30,386 nt of DNA from a virus (lineage: Duplodnaviria > Caudoviricetes), in IMG/VR virus record IMGVR_UViG_3300035164_000375, positions 1 to 30,386 of that record; one strand, written 5' to 3'. The position numbers were made by a program, and so were the translations under genes. Positions 6,741 through 15,434 of this stretch are shown in pieces. The notes under the pieces were generated by a model. That model did not search any database, was not told the DNA's origin, and saw only the letters and a list, made by a program, of their open reading frames with translations. The first letter of the stretch is position 1, and each line of letters begins with the position of its first letter.

Positions 6741-9141
6741 AGAAGGCGGAAATATTTTTAAAGATCCTGAAACTGGTAATCCACTTACGCAACGTGTTTC
6801 AAGAAGAGATATAGACTCTTCCTTAGATTGGGTTGAAAAACTAACAGGCTTACAGCACAAAGATATGAAACTTGGTAGCACTGGCATTAGAAGTTCTAGT
6901 GGTGACATAGATGTAGCAGTAGATTCGAGCAAGGTTGATAAAGAAGAAGTATTCCAAAAATTAAAAGCCTGGGCAGAAAAGAATTATCCAAATGACAATC
7001 CAAGACAATGGGTAGCAAAGTCAGGAACTAATGTTCATTTAAAAACACCAATAGGCGGTAATCCTGCCAATGGATTTGTACAAACAGATCTTATGTTTGG
7101 TGACCCTAACTGGATGAAATTTGCACTTAGAGGTAGCGGAGATAACACTCCTTACAAAGGCGCACATAGAATGATATTTTTAGCCAGCATTGCCAAAGCA
7201 CAAGGAATGCAATGGTCACCTACAAAAGGATTAGTTGATAGAGAAACTAAAGAAGTAATCACAACAGATCCTAACGAAATAGCAAAAAGACTTATTGGTC
7301 CAGGAGCCAATAGGGCAAATTTAGACAGTGTTGAAACAATACACAAAGCAATTAAAAACAGACCAGATTATGAACAACTGGTCGTAGATGTAAAAGATAA
7401 TTTTGCTAAACAAGGAATTGAAATGCCAGAAACAAAAAGTATTAAATCAGGAATGATGTTAGCAGAAAAAAATATAGCACAAAAGGTTGCGGGAGGTATT
7501 GCTGGAGGATTGGGTAATATTTACAGAACGGCCAAGGGTGGCTTTATGGCTGGCTATAAATCTAAAGATGGATATGCGGCGGCTAAAAAAGCCTATACAG
7601 ATGCAGGCGGTGGTAAGACGACCATAGGGCAAGTGCAAGATAAATTTAAAGCCGTTGGTGATAAATTAACAGGCAACACGACAAAGGTAGTAGGTATTGT
7701 AAAAGGAGTTAAAAAGGAAAGAAATATTCCTATGAGCAAATTGGACCTGTATAAAAAGGCAGGTTGGACTGAAATAAATCCTAAGAAGAAACCAGTACCA
7801 AAAGGTACACCCACTATCACCTGGAGTGACGGCACTACAATGAAAGGTAAAGTGGAATCAGAAGAAGTAAGAACAAGAGAAAAACCTACATCAGTTGTCC
7901 TTAAATTACAAAAAGAATTTGGCATAGAAAGACAAATTGTTCCTATAGATGTATACAATTTAAACAGAGAAGAGTTTGACAGAGCAGGTTATAAATTTCA
8001 AGGTTATCACAGCGGAACAACAGAAAGCATAATAAAAGAGGGTGCTAGGATACAACATATAGAAGACTTGGTATTTTTCGAAGGTTCCAGAGGAGCCATG
8101 AGAGCATTAGCAAGTTTAAGAAACATGGCGACAGGAGGACATAAAGATGTCACTATCAAATGGGACGGATCTCCCGCAGTCATTTTTGGCCGCGATGAAA
8201 ATGGAGAGTTTATATTCACAGACAAGTCAGGGTTTGGAAAGAAAGGCGGAGTCGGCAGAGCAAAAAGTCCAGATGAGCTTAAGACAGAGCTCCTCGGTCG
8301 TGGTGGTGGAAAGCTCAAAGATGATCCAAGCCGTATAGCATTTGCAGATAATATGGCTGAAGCATTCACAGTATTTGAAAGAGCAGTACCAAAAGACTTC
8401 CAAGGATTTTTCAAAGGGGATTTATTATATTACAAAACACCTAAAGTTGTTGATAAGAATTTTGTGTTCAAACCTAATCCTACAGGTGTAGAATATGCAG
8501 TAGACGTGACAAGTGATTTAGGCAGACGAATTGCAAAGTCTAAGACAGCAGTTGTAATACATAGAATGGTTGACATAGATGGAACAGAGTCTGCATTAAA
8601 AGACTTAGGAATGTTTCAAGGCAACGATTTGTTGGTAGTTCCTCCTATGAGTGTAGAGACACCACCAGAGGTTCCTAATGAAGAAGTTGAAAGACTAGCA
8701 CAATTAATCAAAAAAGATAGTGCAGATATAGACAGCCTGCTTGATAAAGGAAAGTTACAGTCAATGAAACTAACTAACTTTAGTGATATTTTATACAATT
8801 ATGTTAACCAAAGTGTTGATAGGGGAACACTCGACAAACTTGGTAGAGATTTTATGTCATGGTTAATGGATCACGACAAGATCAGTGCAGTCAAAAAAGA
8901 TAAGATTGCCAAATATATAAAACAAAATATGAATGCATTTTCGAGCTTATGGGAAGTAGTAGGTGGTATAATGAAAGTTAAAAATAATATTATCAAACAG
9001 CTAGATTCCCAAGCAAGTTCTGTAAAGGCTACCACAGCAGGTCAGCCTGGAGGAGAAGGTTATGTCTTAGCACACCCTGGTGGAGACATGAAATTAGTAA
9101 ATAGAGCAGGGTTTACAGCGGCAAACAGAGCCGCACGATAG
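6730..9141 (+). CDS. Fusion protein: N-terminal Pol-beta-like nucleotidyltransferase, central Gly/Lys-rich region, C-terminal ligase-like (KxDG) domain
   Basis: N-terminal LGSTG...SGDIDVAVD...VQTDLM (GS...DxD...D). C-terminal HIEDL...TIKWDGSPA...FKGDLLY...GEGYV...MKLVNR, resembling ligase motifs I, III, IV and V. Confidence 0.7.
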   Translation: MILKEGGNIFKDPETGNPLTQRVSRRDIDSSLDWVEKLTGLQHKDMKLGSTGIRSSSGDIDVAVDSSKVDKEEVFQKLKAWAEKNYPNDNPRQWVAKSGTNVHLKTPIGGNPANGFVQTDLMFGDPNWMKFALRGSGDNTPYKGAHRMIFLASIAKAQGMQWSPTKGLVDRETKEVITTDPNEIAKRLIGPGANRANLDSVETIHKAIKNRPDYEQLVVDVKDNFAKQGIEMPETKSIKSGMMLAEKNIAQKVAGGIAGGLGNIYRTAKGGFMAGYKSKDGYAAAKKAYTDAGGGKTTIGQVQDKFKAVGDKLTGNTTKVVGIVKGVKKERNIPMSKLDLYKKAGWTEINPKKKPVPKGTPTITWSDGTTMKGKVESEEVRTREKPTSVVLKLQKEFGIERQIVPIDVYNLNREEFDRAGYKFQGYHSGTTESIIKEGARIQHIEDLVFFEGSRGAMRALASLRNMATGGHKDVTIKWDGSPAVIFGRDENGEFIFTDKSGFGKKGGVGRAKSPDELKTELLGRGGGKLKDDPSRIAFADNMAEAFTVFERAVPKDFQGFFKGDLLYYKTPKVVDKNFVFKPNPTGVEYAVDVTSDLGRRIAKSKTAVVIHRMVDIDGTESALKDLGMFQGNDLLVVPPMSVETPPEVPNEEVERLAQLIKKDSADIDSLLDKGKLQSMKLTNFSDILYNYVNQSVDRGTLDKLGRDFMSWLMDHDKISAVKKDKIAKYIKQNMNAFSSLWEVVGGIMKVKNNIIKQLDSQASSVKATTAGQPGGEGYVLAHPGGDMKLVNRAGFTAANRAAR

Positions 9142-9150
9142 GAGAAAAAA

Positions 9151-9564
9151 ATGAAGATGACAGAAATGATGGATAGTGAACAGTTTCAAGGAATTAAGGC
9201 TGATCTACATCAAGAAGCAATGCCAGTCAAAGGCGGCAGTGCTTATGACATGAGTGACCAGGAAAGAAAATTTGCAAGAATGGGTCAACAAATTAAAGCA
9301 TCTTTAAGTCCAAGGAGTAGTGATATATCTTGGCCAGATGATGAACAGTGGTTAGACGCATTAAAACTTTCTGATGCATTAATACATGCAAGTCCAAAAG
9401 ACGACATGAACAGCATCATTAATAAGGTGCCAGGTTTAGATCAAGAAAAGGCAGATGCTATAATGGACAAAGTAGCTTCAGGCAATGTTGATATTTCAAA
9501 GTCTACACCAGATCCTGATCATGACGGGGTTGATAAACTAGCAAAAGCAGTTGCATCAGCATAA
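9151..9564 (+). CDS. Hypothetical acidic protein (probable virion internal protein)
   Basis: SD AGGAG; MKMTE N-terminus. Confidence 0.7.
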   Translation: MKMTEMMDSEQFQGIKADLHQEAMPVKGGSAYDMSDQERKFARMGQQIKASLSPRSSDISWPDDEQWLDALKLSDALIHASPKDDMNSIINKVPGLDQEKADAIMDKVASGNVDISKSTPDPDHDGVDKLAKAVASA

Positions 9565-10442
9565 TGGACTTTATCAAAGAATTACATGAAGCAAGAATGA
9601 CTCGTAATGCGTCTGGGTTGAAAGCCCTTACGTACACCGATTGTTGTGAAAGAGCCTACTTGACTATGTTGATTCTTGAAGTCCTAAGACGTTTTCCAAC
9701 CACCACAGCATTTGCCCATGGCTATGCTAAAAATACTTCAGGATACGATAGTTATAAACATTTTCGTATGGGTGGTACTGATCTTTATAATTTCATATAT
9801 TTTATTGTCGGTGACAGTGATGCACAAAACAAACTTAAGGATCCTGGAGCGGCACAAAAAAGACGTGAAGCAACGCAGTTCCCTGTTATGGCTTTCAATA
9901 GATATGTAAGCAATATGGCAAGAGGATTTGCAGTTAATAAGAGTGACGAACAATTCTTCATGAGAATGGAAAGTATTTTAAAAATCACAAACGCAGACTA
10001 TAAAGCTATAAGAAGAAATATTTTTAGTTTTTCTGTTATCTCTACTCCTGTAAAAAAACAAACTATCACAAGATTACTCTTAGCGGCAAGGGCCAAGTTA
10101 CGGTCCAGTGACATAATAAAATACTTAGAAGAACTGTCAGCTCAACGAGATTTAGAAACCTACAAGGTAACTGATCCTGAACCAAAGATTAGTATGCCTG
10201 ATATAGATGTAACAGGCAAAGACCTTGCAGGTTATAGATATCTTGTTGGTGCCAAAAACCTAATGATGACAAAAAAGTTTTTAGAACTTGCAAAAGATGG
10301 TAAATCAATCCCTCCACAAATGGTACAAGCATACATGCCTGCTATAACAATGATAGATAACATAGTAAAAGCAGGCCCTAGCTTTGTACAATTACTTAGA
10401 ACTTTAGAAAATCGAGCTAAAAAGACCCCTAACAAGCGGTAA
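9564..10442 (+). CDS. Hypothetical phage protein (292 aa)
   Basis: TAATG coupling; long ORF on the dominant strand; MDFIKELHE N-terminus. Confidence 0.8.
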   Translation: MDFIKELHEARMTRNASGLKALTYTDCCERAYLTMLILEVLRRFPTTTAFAHGYAKNTSGYDSYKHFRMGGTDLYNFIYFIVGDSDAQNKLKDPGAAQKRREATQFPVMAFNRYVSNMARGFAVNKSDEQFFMRMESILKITNADYKAIRRNIFSFSVISTPVKKQTITRLLLAARAKLRSSDIIKYLEELSAQRDLETYKVTDPEPKISMPDIDVTGKDLAGYRYLVGAKNLMMTKKFLELAKDGKSIPPQMVQAYMPAITMIDNIVKAGPSFVQLLRTLENRAKKTPNKR

Positions 10443-10519
10443 TTTCCTAGAATTGGTAAATAAATGTAACAACTTCGTAGAGTAACGAAGATGTCATTTA
10501 AGAGAAATAGGAGAAAAAA

Positions 10520-10948
10520 ATGGCAGGTATAACACAAGTAAACCCAGTAAAAGCGACTGGTACTTCAAACAGAAGCAGATCATACTTAGGTAAATCTATC
10601 ATGGCATTCAACATTGATTATGCTGTGAACGGTACTAACTTTGATTCTACAGAGAACGGACCAACTGGTGCACACCAGCTTGTTCTTGAAATCATCCAAA
10701 AGACTCATAACATTGCTGGTCTTTCAGCATTGAGATCAGATGGATCTAACGACGGTCAAGTCTACACAATCTTAGTAGAAGGTGACTTCGGTACAGATAC
10801 ATACGATGGTACAAACTCTGAAACATTGGCGGCTTTCTTACAAACAGAAATCCGTGCTCAAACTTCAATTGGTGTAGGTTCTGTGAACCTTTCATCTGCG
10901 ACAGTGGCGGCAGTTGATGGATTCCCAATGTTTGCACACGAAGGTTAA
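10520..10948 (+). CDS. Probable virion structural protein (142 aa)
   Basis: Own late promoter (TAAATA 10457-10462), strong SD AGGAG and own terminator; G/T/S/A-rich composition. Confidence 0.65.
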   Translation: MAGITQVNPVKATGTSNRSRSYLGKSIMAFNIDYAVNGTNFDSTENGPTGAHQLVLEIIQKTHNIAGLSALRSDGSNDGQVYTILVEGDFGTDTYDGTNSETLAAFLQTEIRAQTSIGVGSVNLSSATVAAVDGFPMFAHEG

Positions 10949-10973
10949 TTTATAACTTTCTAGTAACTTACAT

Positions 10974-11009
10974 AAAAAGGGCTTTTACTTCGGTATTAGC
11001 CCTTTTTTT
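10974..11009 (+). terminator. Rho-independent terminator
   Basis: AAAAAGGGCT...TAC-TTCG-GTA...AGCCCTTTTTTT. Confidence 0.8.
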
Positions 11010-11020
11010 ATGAATTCTGA

Positions 11021-11028
11021 TATAAATA
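11021..11028 (+). promoter_or_regulatory. T4-type late promoter TATAAATA
   Basis: Exact T4 gp55 consensus, located between a terminator and an SD. Confidence 0.75.
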
Positions 11029-11056
11029 TATACAACATAACCATAAGGAGAAAACA

Positions 11057-11401
11057 ATGGCAGGATTAGCACAAGGGGCAGGTGGATTAAGTCAAGAAGG
11101 TAATGGTGCAGGACCAAGAACCAGAATCATTAACCTAGCAAAATCTAACATGTCACAAGCAGACCTAGATGCGGCTTTAGAATTTTTAGCGGCAGGTGGA
11201 ACAGCAGGAACTGACGATGCTCACACTATCGCAGGTGTAAGTGTACTTACAGAATCTGGAATTTTCACACCAGGTACTACTGATGATGTACAGGTTGCTA
11301 TCCAAGGTACAGGAGCCTTTACAGCAGGCGCAAACTTTGGAGTAGGTACAACTGGAGTAACTAGTTCATTACTAGCTGACTTTAATCAAAACCCAATGTA
11401 A
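11057..11401 (+). CDS. Probable virion structural protein (114 aa)
   Basis: Late promoter, SD AAGGAG and terminator; G/A/T-rich composition. Confidence 0.65.
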   Translation: MAGLAQGAGGLSQEGNGAGPRTRIINLAKSNMSQADLDAALEFLAAGGTAGTDDAHTIAGVSVLTESGIFTPGTTDDVQVAIQGTGAFTAGANFGVGTTGVTSSLLADFNQNPM

Positions 11402-11426
11402 TAATATACATTGACCTAATAAAATT

Positions 11427-11461
11427 AAAGGGCTCATTCACTTTGTTTGAGCCCTTTTTTT
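11427..11461 (+). terminator. Rho-independent terminator
   Basis: AAAGGGCTCA...TGAGCCCTTTTTTT. Confidence 0.8.
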
Positions 11462-11480
11462 ATGACCGGTAAATAGAAGT

Positions 11481-11900
11481 ATGTTAATATACACACTTAT
11501 TGATATATCTGAGACTAAGATGTATAATTCAAATTCTAAGGATAAAAAACTTGTTGGTCAACAAGCAAACTTTATGACCTTCTTTCAAACTTTATGCCTT
11601 AGACAAAACTATTTGTACGCAGATCCTCCTGTGTTACATTCTTTTACAGAAAAAAAATTAAGAGAATTAGGATTTGGTACAGACTATAAAGGTAACCACA
11701 ACGTATGGTGTATAGAGTTAACAGTTGACGAGGGACGGGAGTTTGGCACAGACGAAATATTACAAGAAGATTTCGATTTAGTGCCGGTCATATCAGGCTT
11801 AGATGAAACAATCGAGATAAATAATAGAGTATTTAGAACAACAGACAAAAAGGCAAAAAATATAACATTTATAAGGCAAACATTACATAATCAGGCATAG
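11481..11900 (+). CDS. Hypothetical phage protein (139 aa)
   Basis: ATG lies 5 nt after TAAATA (11470-11475). Confidence 0.75.
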   Translation: MLIYTLIDISETKMYNSNSKDKKLVGQQANFMTFFQTLCLRQNYLYADPPVLHSFTEKKLRELGFGTDYKGNHNVWCIELTVDEGREFGTDEILQEDFDLVPVISGLDETIEINNRVFRTTDKKAKNITFIRQTLHNQA

Positions 11901-11946
11901 TAAGAAGGCCCCTTCCTCGAGAGAGATTGGAATGGAGAGATAGATT

Positions 11947-12183
11947 ATGGCAAGAGCCACAAAATTAGAGCGTGAAAGTTTAGAAGCACATGTAGATTTG
12001 TGTGAACAACGTTATTTGAATTTAGAATCACGCCTAGAGAAGATTGAGATGAAGGTGGAGCATATCCACTCTGACATCACCAACGGGAACAAAGCAATGA
12101 TGAAAGTAGTTCTAGGTGCAACAGGTACTATAGTAGCTGGTTTACTTTCTACAATAGTAGTTCTCTTAATTTCCTTTAACTAA
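11947..12183 (+). CDS. Coiled-coil protein with one C-terminal TM helix (holin/XhlA-like architecture)
   Basis: Heptad-rich N-terminal half; hydrophobic C-terminal 25 aa; SD GGAG. Confidence 0.6.
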   Translation: MARATKLERESLEAHVDLCEQRYLNLESRLEKIEMKVEHIHSDITNGNKAMMKVVLGATGTIVAGLLSTIVVLLISFN

Positions 12184-12205
12184 ACTTATAAACATAAATA
12201 CTGTT

Positions 12206-12487
12206 ATGCTAGTAACAGAGATTACATCTGACCTGACCGAAAAACAGATATGGGGACGTAGAGGTAAGAAACTTGTCCGTAAGTATAGATGTATGGGCGG
12301 TAAAAGAAAAGGCAGAATTGTTGCACAAATGGCCCAATGTTTTGCGGCTCCAAATATGAAAGCTCGTATGTCTATGAAGAAGACTAGGGCTAGATTAGGT
12401 GCTAGGATGGCTAGGAAAGCACGTAGAACAAAAAGAACAAATCCAGCCTCTATTGCATTAACCAGATTGAATAAGAGAAGAAGATGA
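12206..12487 (+). CDS. Highly basic protein (paralog A)
   Basis: K/R-rich; RKYRCxxGxxKGRIVAxxxxCxAP motif. Confidence 0.75.
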   Translation: MLVTEITSDLTEKQIWGRRGKKLVRKYRCMGGKRKGRIVAQMAQCFAAPNMKARMSMKKTRARLGARMARKARRTKRTNPASIALTRLNKRRR

Positions 12488-12801
12488 TTATATCAGAAAT
12501 AATTCCAGAAGGTGCAGTTCAAATATTTGGTAGAAGCAAAGGAAAAGTTGTTCGTAAATATAGATGCACCAGCGGACAAAAGAAGGGCAGAATTGTAGCA
12601 AAGCCACAGACGTGTAGTGCTCCAATTAGAGTATCAAGCAGAATATCAATTAAAAAAGCCAAAGCTAGAAGATCACCACTAATAAAGATCAAAAGTAGAT
12701 ATACTAAACGTATGAGTCCTACCAGTAGAAGGCTTACGAGATTAAATAAAACTAGATTGAAACCAACAAAAAGAAGTACGTCAAAAAGAAAAAGAATGTA
12801 A
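12484..12801 (+). CDS. Highly basic protein (paralog B)
   Basis: Same RKYRCxxGxxKGRIVAxxxxCxAP motif; ATGA overlap with paralog A. Confidence 0.75.
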   Translation: MIISEIIPEGAVQIFGRSKGKVVRKYRCTSGQKKGRIVAKPQTCSAPIRVSSRISIKKAKARRSPLIKIKSRYTKRMSPTSRRLTRLNKTRLKPTKRSTSKRKRM

Positions 12802-13163
12802 TGAGATTTAGAGAATTAAAAATAGCAGAGTACGGAGCACAAGCACCAACAGGAACAACAGGAACAACGCCTCCTGGTAAGGTTGGACAGCAAATGGGCA
12901 AAGGACCTAATGCACCAAAAACAAATCCTACACTGCAAAAGAAAGTCCAACAGGCCAATGCACAAGTAACAAATAAAGTATTAAAGCCAGGACAAAAGTT
13001 ATCAATAGGCGGAAAAGAAGTAGCTATTGACAAGGTACAAGGTAAAGAAATTACCATAGCTGATCCTAAGAATAAAATGGCACCAAAAACCGTGCTTCAA
13101 AAAAGTGATCCTACACTTGCAGGAGCAATACAGGCACTTGTTCAGCCAGGAGCACCTAAATGA
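12801..13163 (+). CDS. Hypothetical protein (120 aa)
   Basis: TAATG coupling; MRFRE N-terminus. Confidence 0.7.
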   Translation: MRFRELKIAEYGAQAPTGTTGTTPPGKVGQQMGKGPNAPKTNPTLQKKVQQANAQVTNKVLKPGQKLSIGGKEVAIDKVQGKEITIADPKNKMAPKTVLQKSDPTLAGAIQALVQPGAPK

Positions 13164-13363
13164 AGATTAACGAACTACTCCAGGATTTTGTAATTCAAAG
13201 AAGCAATGAAGAACAAGAAGTCTTAGATCGATGTAATGAGCTTAGATCATTTAACAGTTTTCCAGAAAGAGAGCGTTTCATATTAGAGAACTTGATACGT
13301 AAAGCATTAGTAAGTAAGATAATGCAAGGTGATACTGTGATGGTTATAGCAAATGAGTTTTGA
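13160..13363 (+). CDS. Hypothetical protein (67 aa)
   Basis: ATGA overlap; SD AGGAG; MKINE N-terminus. Confidence 0.7.
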   Translation: MKINELLQDFVIQRSNEEQEVLDRCNELRSFNSFPERERFILENLIRKALVSKIMQGDTVMVIANEF

Positions 13364-13781
13364 TAAACATCTAACACAACAACTACAAGAGATAATAGAA
13401 GCAGGACTGGTCCGAGTACCTATTCCCTACGAAAAAGGTAACAGCATACGGATAAAGAACCTAATTATAAGAAAGCATCATAATGGTTATAGACTGTTTA
13501 ATTTAACAACAAACAAGCATATATGCACAGTATTTTGTAAAACTACAGCTCTTGCGATTGCTAAATTAACTGTAGAAAAAACACATTTTGACATGAAAAA
13601 TATTATAAAATTGGATGATAAAGTAGCAAAACACTATATGGATGCACTTTATGCCAAAAGATCTATGAAAACAGGCGATACAGAAGAACGCAGGGAGTCA
13701 GCAGAAGTGCAATTTGATATAGCGACACAGGAGGCTTGGACCGCTTTAGCCGCCATAGAAAGATATATATTTGATAAATAA
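13353..13781 (+). CDS. Hypothetical protein (142 aa)
   Basis: Overlapping gene in the operon run. Confidence 0.7.
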   Translation: MSFDKHLTQQLQEIIEAGLVRVPIPYEKGNSIRIKNLIIRKHHNGYRLFNLTTNKHICTVFCKTTALAIAKLTVEKTHFDMKNIIKLDDKVAKHYMDALYAKRSMKTGDTEERRESAEVQFDIATQEAWTALAAIERYIFDK

Positions 13782-13812
13782 AAGTAAGAGATGTTAATAT
13801 AAGGAATATATC

Positions 13813-14700
13813 ATGCTATTAAAAGAATTTTCTAAAAAGATATCCACAGAGACATTAAATGGGAATCTTGCTCAAAAATTTGGTACAAAAATAGATGTGT
13901 CTAAGTTCACTATAGAACAATTAGAAGATGCAAGAAACAAAATCAGAACTAAACTATCACAAATTGAAACTAACGAAAGTTTCGAAGCAGTTCAAAGCGA
14001 TGACTATCAAAAAAATAAATTATTCCTAGACATCCTTAACACAGCAATCGCAGAACGTGAAGAAACAAAAGATGATAGCAAAGATGAAAAATTGATTGTA
14101 ACAAAAGCTGATGAAAAAGCTAATACAAAAGCATATCAAGAGTTAAAAAAGGGCAATAAAAGATATAAAGCAGGACCAGGCGTTAAAGTAGATGAAAAAA
14201 TGAACGAAGGCGCTGAAGAAGAGGCGGCACTTACTATGGCCGCGAAGGACATGGTAGATAGAATAACAGGTTGGATGGAAGACACAGCAGAAATGCAGAC
14301 CGAATCTATGTTAGAAATAGGCGACAAAATAAGAGATGAAATGGGTGTTGACAAGTCCGAGCAATTTATTGGTGCAGTAAAACCTGCACTAGAAAGTTTG
14401 TTTACGTCATTGGAAAGCACCAGAGACGCCTTGACATCCGGCGTAGCCGTATTGACGGGCGAAGGCGCACCAGCTACAATGGGCGATGAAGTTCCTGGAG
14501 ACGATGCTGAAATGGACATGGAGCCAACAGTGGACGACGATGAAGGAATTGAAAAAGCAGATGACCCAGAAGGCGACGAGTTTGCAACAGCAGATGCTTC
14601 AGCAGGAGGCGATGAACCAGCAGACAGGGCCAAACGCGAAAGCGTAGAATTAAGCAAAAGATTAGGCTTGCTACTAGCAAGTTCAAAAAAAAAGGCTTAA
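13813..14700 (+). CDS. Acidic coiled-coil protein, probable prohead core/scaffold-like
   Basis: Late promoter TAAATA at 13775-13780; SD AAGGA; MLLKE N-terminus; D/E-rich C-terminal half. Confidence 0.65.
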   Translation: MLLKEFSKKISTETLNGNLAQKFGTKIDVSKFTIEQLEDARNKIRTKLSQIETNESFEAVQSDDYQKNKLFLDILNTAIAEREETKDDSKDEKLIVTKADEKANTKAYQELKKGNKRYKAGPGVKVDEKMNEGAEEEAALTMAAKDMVDRITGWMEDTAEMQTESMLEIGDKIRDEMGVDKSEQFIGAVKPALESLFTSLESTRDALTSGVAVLTGEGAPATMGDEVPGDDAEMDMEPTVDDDEGIEKADDPEGDEFATADASAGGDEPADRAKRESVELSKRLGLLLASSKKKA

Positions 14701-15023
14701 GGATATCTGAAGAAGAAGCTAACAGCACTATAACCAATACAAAAGACGGCCTAGCTCAAATTTTACATTTAAAACTTCAACAGGGTGCAACGAGAATAAG
14801 TTGGAACGACCTTAATACTTTCCTAGATAATATAGGCAGTGAACATTTCGATCGAGAAAGTTTTACACAGGCTTACAATAGTGACACAAGAATACAAGAC
14901 CTTGTCGACAGTTTTGATGAAAATGGTTTAGTGTTAAAGGGCGGAGATGCTCCACAAAGCGAACCAGAAGACAAAACTGTCGACAAAATGGCTTCAAGAG
15001 CCGCCAAATCTGCACTATCATAA
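14694..15023 (+). CDS. Start-less 109-codon ORF, probable -1 frameshift extension of the 13813 gene
   Basis: Open -1 frame (GLRISEEEANST...AAKSALS*) fills the gap exactly. No ATG/GTG/TTG near its 5' end. Preceded by A_AAA_AAG at 14688-14694. Confidence 0.65.
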   Translation, partial: GLRISEEEANSTITNTKDGLAQILHLKLQQGATRISWNDLNTFLDNIGSEHFDRESFTQAYNSDTRIQDLVDSFDENGLVLKGGDAPQSEPEDKTVDKMASRAAKSALS

Positions 15024-15028
15024 AACAC

Positions 15029-15057
15029 TTGACAGAAATAGCAAATTGCTATATAAT
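15029..15057 (+). promoter_or_regulatory. Consensus sigma70 (early) promoter
   Basis: TTGACA-N17-TATAAT, an exact consensus. Confidence 0.85.
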
Positions 15058-15074
15058 TATAACTGGAGAAACTT

Positions 15075-15434
15075 ATGGCAGTAGCAAAAGACAGAACAGA
15101 CGAAGAAATCATTAATCAAATCAAAGGTATAATCGAAGACTATGTTAAACCAGCAGTTGCTAGCCATGGTGGTGTAATTGATTTTGTAAGTTATAAAGAC
15201 GGTCACCTGAGTCTTATACTTGGCGGAGCATGTAGCGGTTGTGCCAGCAGTACTATTACATTAAAAATGGGTGTAGAGAATATGGTAAAACACTATGTTC
15301 CTGAAGTACATACGATCACAGCCGAAGACGATCCAAACTCAACAGTAGACCCTTACTATGCTATGGATCCTTTTATGGAAAATTTTGATCAGTATGAAAG
15401 TTGGAATGCTGATGAGCCTAATAAGAAAGAATAA
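15075..15434 (+). CDS. NifU C-terminal / NfuA-like Fe-S cluster carrier
   Basis: VKPAVASHGGVI...LGGACSGCASSTITLKMGVE, the Nfu CxxC domain; SD GGAG. Confidence 0.9.
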   Translation: MAVAKDRTDEEIINQIKGIIEDYVKPAVASHGGVIDFVSYKDGHLSLILGGACSGCASSTITLKMGVENMVKHYVPEVHTITAEDDPNSTVDPYYAMDPFMENFDQYESWNADEPNKKE

